64,000 nucleotides of DNA from contig OZ037847.1 in NCBI GenBank assembly GCA_964035575.1, positions 372,001 to 436,000 on the forward strand, given 5' to 3'. Below, in pieces: positions 22,292 through 31,135 of the stretch. Under the pieces are notes generated by a model. The model was given only the letters and a program-made list of their open reading frames with translations. It was not told where the DNA came from and did not search any database. Origin of the DNA: Rhynchopus sp. YZ270_cl-10 (taxonomy: Eukaryota). Numbering within the stretch: the stretch's first letter is position 1; each line of letters opens with the position of its first letter. The translations under genes were made by a program, and so were the position numbers.

Positions 22292-23443
22292 CTACAAGGC
22301 AGTGTAGATCCCAGCACCGTGAGAAGGGATCACTGCGGTAAACTCCTTGAAGGACCCGAGATCTACACGCACCCAGAGGTCTCTCACCTTCTTTTCTGCT
22401 GTGAAGGTGATGGTCACATTGAGGGCGGCTTCTGTGGGGTTGTACAGAACAAAGGCGGTGCCGTAGACAAGCTCTCTGTTCCAAACCTGTCCGCCGTCTG
22501 CGTTCCATACGGAGCGGATCCCCTGCTTGCCGAGGGCGTCCTGGTTGACGGCAATGACCTCGGAGTTCAGAAGGATTTCGCGGTGTGTTTCGGGGACAGT
22601 TCTGAGGTCGTTGCCCATGATGAGGGGTGCTGCAGAAATCGACCAAATCGCCATCTGCGAGCGCGCCTCGTCATCCGTGATGCAGGTGTTTCCAATCAGA
22701 AGCATGTCAGGGTCGTTCCAGCGCCCCGGACCAGATGCATTCGCCAGCACCTCGCTGTAGTTCCCCCAGTGCTCAATGACGTCAGCGAGAGACCCCCAGT
22801 TGCATTGGATGTCACGGTAGTTGCGCCAGAGGTTGCAGTGTGCGGCAGCGAATTGGTCGAAGGGCTTTGCACTCTCGTTGTGCCCGAAGGAGGCGGCCCA
22901 TTCGCAGGAGAAGACAATGTCGCGCTCGCCTGCCACCAAGGCGTCACCCATGGCGGGGTAGCCCTTAGGGTAGTAGGAGTCGCTGCCGCAGCCGTCTGCC
23001 TTGAGGTAGTCGACGCCCCATGCGGCGAAGGTGTCTGCGTCGGTCTTCTCGTTGTTCTCGGACCCGGGGTACTTCCCGCAGGTCTGTGTGCTCTCGGCAG
23101 TGTAGATCCCAAGCTTGATGGAGTTGTTGTGCATGTATCCCGAGAGTCCGTCGATGCCGTTAGGAAAGCGTGCAGGGTCGGCAACAAGCTTGCCGGAGGC
23201 GTCGCGTGGAGGTGTCTTCTGCTGCCAGCAGTCGTCAATGTGGATCGTGTCGTACCCTACAGCCGCATACCCCCCAGCAACAAGTGCGTCCCCCTGCGCA
23301 CGGTACAGCGCCTCATTCACGCACGCCTCAGGCTTCGCAGTGCAGTTCACCTCACACCGGAACACCTCCCAGCTCATCCACCCCATAGGGGGTGTGGCTG
23401 CAAGCAGCGCAGAGGACATCGTGAAGGTCAAAGCGGCCAACAT
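22292..23443 (-). CDS. Glycoside hydrolase family 27 (alpha-galactosidase / alpha-N-acetylgalactosaminidase), secreted or lysosomal
   Basis: Signal peptide, then TPPMGWMSWE, IHIDDCWQ, WGVDYLKADGC (nucleophile Asp), CNLWRNYRDI (acid/base Asp), GPGRWNDPDMLLIGN, APLIMGNDLR, VIAVNQDALG. Confidence 0.95.
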   Translation of the reverse strand: MLAALTFTMSSALLAATPPMGWMSWEVFRCEVNCTAKPEACVNEALYRAQGDALVAGGYAAVGYDTIHIDDCWQQKTPPRDASGKLVADPARFPNGIDGLSGYMHNNSIKLGIYTAESTQTCGKYPGSENNEKTDADTFAAWGVDYLKADGCGSDSYYPKGYPAMGDALVAGERDIVFSCEWAASFGHNESAKPFDQFAAAHCNLWRNYRDIQCNWGSLADVIEHWGNYSEVLANASGPGRWNDPDMLLIGNTCITDDEARSQMAIWSISAAPLIMGNDLRTVPETHREILLNSEVIAVNQDALGKQGIRSVWNADGGQVWNRELVYGTAFVLYNPTEAALNVTITFTAEKKVRDLWVRVDLGSFKEFTAVIPSHGAGIYTAL

Positions 23444-23555
23444 TGTTGTAATGAAAAATCTGTGTTTTGTGGGGGGTATTTTTTGGGCGGACATCAGATG
23501 CGATAACAAAACACTGACTCTCTTTTTAAATGCTTATGTTAAACTGACCCCCTTT

Positions 23556-26285
23556 TCAACTCTCTGAGGATAGTGCGGCCTGGAGGGCACCTAAGGCGGA
23601 GTTCCACTGTGTGGTGCTGGAGGAAGACGTCTGGCGCAGTTCTGTCGTCAATGCAAGCATCTGCTCGGTCACGTCGCCCCTCCCCTGCAGAGCGACCTCC
23701 ACAGCTTGGCAGGCGAGCTGTGCATCTGGGGTTGTGGTGAGACCTCCGGACACCATGAGCAGTGTGGCGGTCAGCTTCTCTGAGTGCAGCTCGGACCGCA
23801 GTCTGAGCGTGGCAATGCGGAGTGCAATCTGCTGCCTCTCTTGCATCGAACACAGTGTTGAGAAGAGCTGAATCGCCTTCTCCATCTGCGCCATCCATGT
23901 CAAGAAGAAGAACAGCTCGCTTGGCTGCGTCGCCTCCGCATACAACGGACGCAACGCTGCTGTCACCAACGAAGGGAATGCGGCCACCTCTGCCGGCGGC
24001 TGGATGATGCTTTCCTCCGGATGGTACTCAATCACACTGCAGATCAACCTTACAAACGCTTCATTCGCTGCAGCCGGGAACTGTTCACTGGAGGGCAACA
24101 TTCTGCATATCAACAAACACGTATCTTTCACATGCGGCGACTTCGCGGGTCTCACAAGAAGCTCCAACAACTCAAACAGACTAACCAACGTCTCCTCCGA
24201 GAGTTGTCCTTGAGCAGAGTTTGACAGCACGGAGACAACCTGCGCTTCAAGCTCCTGTCCTACCTCACGGTGCATCCATCGGAAGAGACAGCGAAGGAGC
24301 GACACTATCCCGGAGACAGAGCGGTTGTCTTCAGACTGCAGTGCCTTTTGAAGCGCCCCTCCGATGCCGTTCATATGGGGCTGCAGGGCACGCCACACTC
24401 CTTGTCTACGTGCCGCGTCGCAGTCTGTCTCTGCCGTAATCCCTTCCACCGCGGCAGCAAGGATCGCCACCCCCTCCGGCCCCGTCATGATATGCGCGAT
24501 CACCCCAGCAAACCGCTCCGTACAGCTCGGATACGCTGCCATCACCTTGCACACCGCGACATAGTATCCTGAGAACTGTGCACCCACCGCCCCCTTCTCC
24601 AATCCTTCAATGATACTAAAGAACGACTCAGTAGCAGCAAGAATAGGTAGAAGCGAGCGAGACGCATAATCTGATAACATTTGCCCCGCATACTTAATGA
24701 TATTAGTATCGTCTGAGGTGCTAACAGCCAGAGCGACGCCACAAAGAAGCCCAATTAAATCGGCCTGAACCACATCCGGCATTTTCTTCACAATACTACA
24801 AAGCGCCGAAATCACTCCAAAGGTGTGACACAACAGACTGACATCCCCCATCCCTTCTCTCCCAATCACGGTGACTGCATGGTGTGCCAACACCTCCACT
24901 ACAAAGTCATGCGCAACTTCCCCCATCCCCAAGAGGTCTGGAGAAACCGACGCAATAACCTGCATCATAACGTCTCTTTCCTTTACATCCTCTGATCCCT
25001 TTAACCGGTCGAGCGAGACTCTCATGATACTCCCTTTTGCGATCATCGAGGACACACAGTAAACACCACATATCCGAGAGGCGGTGAGAACGTAACGTCC
25101 AGACAACCCTGAATACCATGATTCTGCGTCTGTGTCAACTGATACGACGTCTTTGGGAATGCATCTCCCCTCTCCAGGAAGAACGGCAGAGAGAAAGGCA
25201 AACAGCATCGGACGAAGCGAGGTGACGATGGGGTCAGAGGATTCGGGTGAGTCACGAAGGGAGGAGCCTTGGTCTGCTCTGGTAGAGGCAAGATCGGCAA
25301 GGACATCCCAGATGCTGACGCACAGCTCGAGAACGTCATCGTCATAAGAGGCCAGCATGCGGTCGTGCACCGCACGCATTATATTCGTAAAATTCTGTGC
25401 CGCTTCAATAAGACGAATCAAATGCCGTTCCACCAGAGTCAACACTACACGCAAAATGCTGGCATCGTCGCACCCGGGGTCTGCTGCAGCCTTCACAACA
25501 ACAAGAAGACAGGAATCAAATAGAACACTCCACGGTCCTCCCGGAGGTACTGCTCTGACCTCCACAACTTCGTGGCAAATTGGAAGAAGGGCCATAGGGT
25601 GGTCACAGCGTTGGAGAACTTCAAGAAGACCTAGTTCTGGTGCTGCGAGGTGGGTGGGGTCTGCGAAGTGGAGAAACGCTGCGGCAACATCGATTCCAGC
25701 GTCGGAAGGAATGCGGAGAGCGGTTGCCATGCAGGTTGGTGCTGCGTCTTTTAGAAGTGTTTGCAGCTCGGTGTATCGGCGTTGTCCGACAGAGGCGGCG
25801 TTTAGAGTCACTTCTTCGCAGGTGCCCTGTAAAATTTTTGCGCCAAATCTCGCAGAAGAAGGGTCCAAAGAAGAAGCTAGAGAGTTTGCCCAAGAAATGT
25901 GGTCTCCCCATATTTCAGGCCATTCGCTCATGACGGCAGCGCAGGATAGAACGTCGGCAGCCTTGTTGCGAAGGAAATGGGGTGCGTTGGTGTCACCCAT
26001 CAGGGTGGCCAGGGTGTTGCGTACTGTGTTGCTTTGCTCGTTGAAGGAGCTGCGCCAGCGGCATTCCTTGGCAGCCTTCTGCCAGACCCCAAGGATGTAG
26101 AAGAGAATTCGCCCCTGAGATTCGGTACGGCATTCATGTCCGTGGCGCTGTACCAATCCTAAGGCATCTGCAGCGGCACTGCGGTCTGCCTGGATACGGA
26201 GAAGCTGTGCATCAGAGGAAGCAATGCGCACTGGGTCACCACTGTGCAGACCATCCAATAGGCACTCTAAGGTGGCCCAGTCCAT
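23556..26285 (-). CDS. Importin-beta/exportin-like HEAT-repeat protein (909 aa)
   Basis: IBN_N/Xpo1-like N-terminus (LECLLDGLHSGD...LFYILGV...PHFLRNKAADVL...EWPEIW). All-helical composition throughout. Confidence 0.75.
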   Translation of the reverse strand: MDWATLECLLDGLHSGDPVRIASSDAQLLRIQADRSAAADALGLVQRHGHECRTESQGRILFYILGVWQKAAKECRWRSSFNEQSNTVRNTLATLMGDTNAPHFLRNKAADVLSCAAVMSEWPEIWGDHISWANSLASSLDPSSARFGAKILQGTCEEVTLNAASVGQRRYTELQTLLKDAAPTCMATALRIPSDAGIDVAAAFLHFADPTHLAAPELGLLEVLQRCDHPMALLPICHEVVEVRAVPPGGPWSVLFDSCLLVVVKAAADPGCDDASILRVVLTLVERHLIRLIEAAQNFTNIMRAVHDRMLASYDDDVLELCVSIWDVLADLASTRADQGSSLRDSPESSDPIVTSLRPMLFAFLSAVLPGEGRCIPKDVVSVDTDAESWYSGLSGRYVLTASRICGVYCVSSMIAKGSIMRVSLDRLKGSEDVKERDVMMQVIASVSPDLLGMGEVAHDFVVEVLAHHAVTVIGREGMGDVSLLCHTFGVISALCSIVKKMPDVVQADLIGLLCGVALAVSTSDDTNIIKYAGQMLSDYASRSLLPILAATESFFSIIEGLEKGAVGAQFSGYYVAVCKVMAAYPSCTERFAGVIAHIMTGPEGVAILAAAVEGITAETDCDAARRQGVWRALQPHMNGIGGALQKALQSEDNRSVSGIVSLLRCLFRWMHREVGQELEAQVVSVLSNSAQGQLSEETLVSLFELLELLVRPAKSPHVKDTCLLICRMLPSSEQFPAAANEAFVRLICSVIEYHPEESIIQPPAEVAAFPSLVTAALRPLYAEATQPSELFFFLTWMAQMEKAIQLFSTLCSMQERQQIALRIATLRLRSELHSEKLTATLLMVSGGLTTTPDAQLACQAVEVALQGRGDVTEQMLALTTELRQTSSSSTTQWNSALGALQAALSSES

Positions 26286-26685
26286 TTTTTGTTTTTTTCT
26301 CTTTTTTTTCGTATTTTCTGGAATTTTTGTGTGAAAATTGAGAGGGGTGTGGCGTGAATAATACATCATAACAGAATAGACATTGGAAGTTGAAGTTGCT
26401 CTGAGACTTCCACACACTATTGGGTGGTGGTATTGCGGTTAGGTGAGTGAATGATGTGACACTTTCCGCTCAAAGTAGTGTGCGGTTATGGGGGAAAAAG
26501 TGAAGGTGATAGTGCAAAAAAATATGGGGAGAGGAGGAAAAGTAAACCTTGGTATTGAAAGAAAACAGAGAAAAACAACAACGCACAAAGTGATGAGATT
26601 TTGAAGAGAGTAAAAAGAGAAAAAAAACCCCCTGGAAAGATGATGGGAAAGAAAATGATGTATCACGCACGACCAACGTTAGGGG

Positions 26686-27765
26686 CAGGGGTTAAGTTAG
26701 GGCGGGTTTCTGGGTTTTCAAAACCCGGTTTTCGGGTTTTCGGGTTTTTCAAAAAAAAAAAAAAAAAATGGAATCCGAAAAAAAAAATCCAAATTTTTGG
26801 GTGGTGTAGGCTGGGAAGGTGGGGTAGGGGTGGGGGCGGAGCCCCCACCCCACCCTCTAAGAAAAAAAATATCCTCCCGACCCAAACAAACCCCCGGTCA
26901 GAACTGGGAATTATTCATATGGCAGCGTCCGCGAAAGACCCCCCCCTAAAGCTAACATCCATGCTTATTGGTATTTCACTAATTAAAATTTTGGTATTTT
27001 ATAAGATCTTTTTTTTGAATGAACTCAGAGTTAAGTTTCTGAGTTCATTAAAAAAAAAATCGGTGAAAAATTCCGAGTAGGTATTAAGTTAGATGGGAGA
27101 AGCTATGTCAACAGCTATGTGTCCCCTTATTTTACCTGTATTTTACTAAGGACCTAAATCCTTGGTATTTACAGGTAAAATAAGGGGACACATAGCTGTT
27201 GACATAGCTTCTCCCATCTAACTTAATACCTACTCGGAATTTTTCACCGATTTTTTTTTTAATGAACTCAGAAACTTAACTCTGAGTTCATTCAAAAAAA
27301 AAGATCTTATAAAATACCAAAATTTTAATTAGTGAAATACCAATAAGCATGGATGTTAGTTTTAGGGGGGGGTCTTTCGCGGACGCTCCCATATGAAGAG
27401 GCAACAGGGATCTCTGGCGAACTTCGGGTTCAGTACTAGTGTTGCGAGAGTGCGGGTGAAGCAGGACGTGGGAACTGAGGTCGGTGAGGGGTACACCAGT
27501 CCTGTTCTTCAAATTTATGCTCCAAAATTGTTAGGACAAATCCAAAAATCCCCAGCCCCCCATTTTTTGGTGGGATTTTTGAACTTTGCCCAAAAATCGC
27601 GGAATTTTTTTTTCGCTCGCTACGCTCGCGGAGGTGCACCTTAAAATTTTCCCGCTCGCTGCGCTCGCGGAGGGGATTGGTTATTTTTCGCAAAATCCAG
27701 AAAAATCGAAAAAAACCCAGAAAACCCGACTCAGCGAGAAAAAAAAAAAGCTAACTTAACCCCTG
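26686..27765. mobile_element. Non-autonomous hAT-family DNA transposon (1080 bp including nested element)
   Basis: Perfect 15-bp TIR CAGGGGTTAAGTTAG / CTAACTTAACCCCTG. Exact 8-bp TSD GTTAGGGG at 26678-26685 and 27766-27773. Subterminal GGGTTTT/AAAACCC repeats. Confidence 0.92.
26921..27390. mobile_element. Foldback (palindromic) MITE nested in the hAT element
   Basis: ~220-bp near-perfect inverted arms (26921-27140 and 27170-27390) with a 29-nt spacer. ATAT on both sides (26917-26920, 27391-27394). Confidence 0.85.
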
Positions 27766-27971
27766 GTTAGGGGGGTTCGTGGTAAAAAAAAGCAAGAAAA
27801 AAGGCAAGGGTAAATAAAACCGCTAAAAATCAAGCAAAAACTACACTATAAACAAAACGTTTCCAATTTCCTGAGAACACGACAAAACACACATAGACTA
27901 CGCACAAAAAAATTTTTGATGATGTCTTGATTTTTGCTGTCATAATATTCAAACAACATTTTTCGAACACC

Positions 27972-29072
27972 TTACTCCCCCTCAACTCCACTTTCCAGCA
28001 TCTCAGCTTCAACTACATCCACCTTGGGTAGAAAAACCACCCGCCCACAAGCACTCACCTCCACCCCCATGGAAATGAATGTATGTCCAGGGAGGTCAGC
28101 CAGCTTACGGGTCTGCTCCGTATCGATGTTGCACAGGAAGACACCTTTGTCGGACTGCACAATCACCACATTCGTGGCCGCGGCAATCCTCGCACAAATA
28201 CCGTCAAATGTAAAAACCCGGAGGCACCTCTCTTCCTCTAGACTCCATACCCGAACAGATCTGTCAGAAGATGCGGACACCAGATGCACACTGTCCTCCG
28301 ACAGACGCAGGTCATGCACCTTCTTTTCGTGACCGTGCAGGCTCCTCTGGGATGACAGATCCTTCAGGGAGATGGCCACGATATCGGATCCTCTGGTAGC
28401 ATAGGCTTTCAGCTCCGAGACCACCACTGCAATGCCGTCAGTCGCAGAATCTGTGACTCTACAGGGTTGCTGATCTGCTTCGATATCCCATACTCTGACC
28501 TCTCCGTTCAACGATGCAGCGACCACCCATCTACCACAAAGCGACCACCCTGTTACAGACCGGAGACGTGCAGACAGTGCAAACCTCTTTGCACCGCTTT
28601 GTGTATTATAAATCAATACCGCAGCACCACAGCCGCAGGCCAACCAATTACCGCACGGTGAAAATGAGGGGATGGTGTTCGAGTAGATGTCAAAGGAGGT
28701 GATCTTCTCGCCGGATTGGGTGTCGTATTGGCGCATCGTGGAGTCTACCCCGAGAATGTATAGATGCTTGTTGCATGGTGACAGCACTGCCCTCGTGGAG
28801 GTATGGCCGTAGGTCGCGTAGGTGGAAGGGGTCTTGATGCGTACGTTGCTGTGCACTACCTCGACTGTGTCGCCTGCGGTCAGGCTTGTCTCGCTGAGGA
28901 GCTCTTCGTCATCCCCCAACGGTGCGCCCCCAAAGCGTAGGTCAGTAGAGCGTACGTTCATCCCACCTCCGATCAATCGCACTGCCTTTCCCCGTAGGGT
29001 GAACACCGTGTCCTCAGGCTCTACAGGAACAACGCAACAGCCGCCATCCTCAGAAAAGCATGTGACATCCAT
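27972..29072 (-). CDS. Ubiquitin-like N-terminal domain plus WD40 beta-propeller
   Basis: Ubl pattern VPVEPEDTVFTLRGK...LRFGGAPLGDDEELLSETSLTAGDTVEV. WD repeats such as AASLNGEVRVWD and LHGHEKKVHDL...LVSASSDRSVRVWS. Confidence 0.88.
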   Translation of the reverse strand: MDVTCFSEDGGCCVVPVEPEDTVFTLRGKAVRLIGGGMNVRSTDLRFGGAPLGDDEELLSETSLTAGDTVEVVHSNVRIKTPSTYATYGHTSTRAVLSPCNKHLYILGVDSTMRQYDTQSGEKITSFDIYSNTIPSFSPCGNWLACGCGAAVLIYNTQSGAKRFALSARLRSVTGWSLCGRWVVAASLNGEVRVWDIEADQQPCRVTDSATDGIAVVVSELKAYATRGSDIVAISLKDLSSQRSLHGHEKKVHDLRLSEDSVHLVSASSDRSVRVWSLEEERCLRVFTFDGICARIAAATNVVIVQSDKGVFLCNIDTEQTRKLADLPGHTFISMGVEVSACGRVVFLPKVDVVEAEMLESGVEGE

Positions 29073-29113
29073 CTCGAAGTGTTAAATCTGAAGTATGTGA
29101 GGGGTAAAAAAGA

Positions 29114-29213
29114 AGAGTTGAAATACAAAGCCCTCTCGTAAACAGTGTACTTTGGTATGACCGGCATGTACCGTAAGTGGAGTCCTACATCCATTTCGTG
29201 GTTTACATCTGAT
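29114..29213. repeat. Copy of dispersed motif family M3
   Basis: GAGTTGAAATACAAAGCCCTCTCGT...TTGGTATGACCGG...CCTACATCCATTTCGTGGTTT.CATCTGA. Related copies at ~12460-12546, 15253-15292 (head only) and 30221-30354. Confidence 0.8.
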
Positions 29214-29857
29214 ATGAAAGAAAGAAACATCTTGAAAGAAGCGGTAGGGAGAGAGACGGAAGAGGAATGGGTTTAAAAAAAATGCTTTGCAGATTGGGAG
29301 GGGAAGGGGAAGGGTGTCTTTTGTTTGCATCAACAAAAAGAATTGCTACTGCGTTGCCATCTTGTTGTCAACCTTTTGGTCCAGATGCACGTTTTTTTTT
29401 TCCATTTGAACAGAAGGGCAGATGGTTCTATCCTACGGAGTGTGGAAGAGACAAAGCATCATTTGAATGCATTCTTGCACCATTTTCGTTTTTCAACAAC
29501 AGTAGGTTAATTACCCCCTTTTTGCTGTGGCCAATCACTTTACACAAATATTCTGTGTTTATTGGGCGAAGCCTTTCTGTGGTTGTGTTTGCGCCAATTG
29601 CTGTGGGCTGAAAGAGGAAACTCTTGATAAATGAGCATCTCGTAAAAAGGGGGAACAGAGGAAAACAAAAAAACAGAACACACACACATACACGCACACA
29701 AATGGAAAATCGATTTCACTGTAACCTACCTGGTAGGCGTGACGCTGACTAGTGTGCTGGGTTTTTATTAAACTCACAAAGTTGTGTGTGGTTGGGCGAC
29801 TCGAATACGTTGTGGACGCAGTCACGCGACAAAAATTAAAAAAAAAAAAAAAACAAA

Positions 29858-30034
29858 GGGAACAGGACAGTCTGGGCCTACTACGTCTGTCTTTGGATAG
29901 TGGGCCCAAAATCTTTGCAAGAAAGACAGTTCGGGCCCAAACCTTTGCCATAAAGACAGCTGTCTTTATCAAAACCCGTTTTCGGTCCATACTGTCCAAA
30001 AGACACACTTAGTGAGCCAGGCTGTCCTTATCCC
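29858..30034. mobile_element. Mutator (MULE)-like MITE, 177 bp
   Basis: GGG...CCC termini with ~50-bp degenerate inverted repeats (GGGAACAGGACAGTCTGG vs reverse complement GGGATAAGGACAGCCTGG). 9-bp direct repeat AAAAACAAA on both sides, though this is low complexity. Confidence 0.65.
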
Positions 30035-31135
30035 AAAAACAAATGAACAAGGCGCCGTGGGGTTTGTGAAGAAAGAAAGACATAACAAAAACACACACAC
30101 ACACACACATACAATAGAAAGAGTACTATGGTGTCCTCTCTCTCTTTTGGTTGCATTAGTGTGGACACCGATATAATGTGCTCACCACTAGCTTTGAAGG
30201 GAAAAAAAAAGAAAAAAACCGACTTGAAATACAAAAAAACGAAAAAGAAGAACAAAAACCCCTCTCGTGACTGTGTCTTGGTGTGATGACCAGTACACCG
30301 AGGGTGGGTGCAACCACGCTTTCCCTACATCCATTTCGAGGTTTTTAAATCTGATTCGCCCTCCGCCCGCTTCTCATCAGATTGAACGGGAATCATTGGA
30401 GACACAGGTTAATAAGGTCTGTGTGATGTAGGTTCCGGTTAGGGGCACACAAAAAAGAAAAGTTTATAAGATGATCCTAAGCCTCTCGTGCTTAGTCACC
30501 TTACAAAAAAAATTAAGTGATGAATACAGGGGTTCCCCTCGTTGCCGTTCAACAAAAATTGCCAAAAAATCCCAAAAAAAGGCGTAAAAAAAACAAAAAA
30601 ACAAAAAATGAGCATGGGAAACCTGGCTGAATGTGTCTCTCATGTATGGTTGCAGTGAAGGATTTACCCAGGCAATGCTTCGATGCAAAGGGGACAGATA
30701 GTTGTGTTTCCTTTTTTCCTTTGATAAATCGGTTGGTTTAGTGTAGCTGACGGAGAGTATCCACTATCCACAGTATTTTTGGTTTGCTTTTTGGAAGCAA
30801 ATAGTAAGGTGAAACCTTATTTGTAAAGTTTTATCAACCCTCATCTCAAGAAACAAAAACCCTCAAGAATATCTCAAAAAAAAAAAAGAATAGTTGAAAA
30901 GTGCAAAAACGACAAGAAACAAAAAACCTCGGGGAGAAAAAAAAATCAAAAAAAAAAGGGATTCGCACCCTTCAATACGTGCCGTCGCAAAATGCAGACA
31001 GCCCCTTTTTCTTCGTTCCAACACATCATAATACTTACGACAAAAAATCTCCAAAAAAAAAGGTCTACCTTAGCAATTTCGACCTACAGCAAACGCCACC
31101 GGGATAGGATACACGACACATTTTTTTTAAAGCGA

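Noticed and set aside
22319..23506. 395-aa plus-strand ORF over GH27, and similar antisense ORFs at 18897-19790, 32147-32863 and 9496-10287
   Set aside because: Antisense shadows of well-supported minus-strand genes.
26678..26703. TTAGGG-like telomeric seeds (also near 1150 and 27767)
   Set aside because: Isolated units only, explained by the hAT TSD and TIR or by chance.
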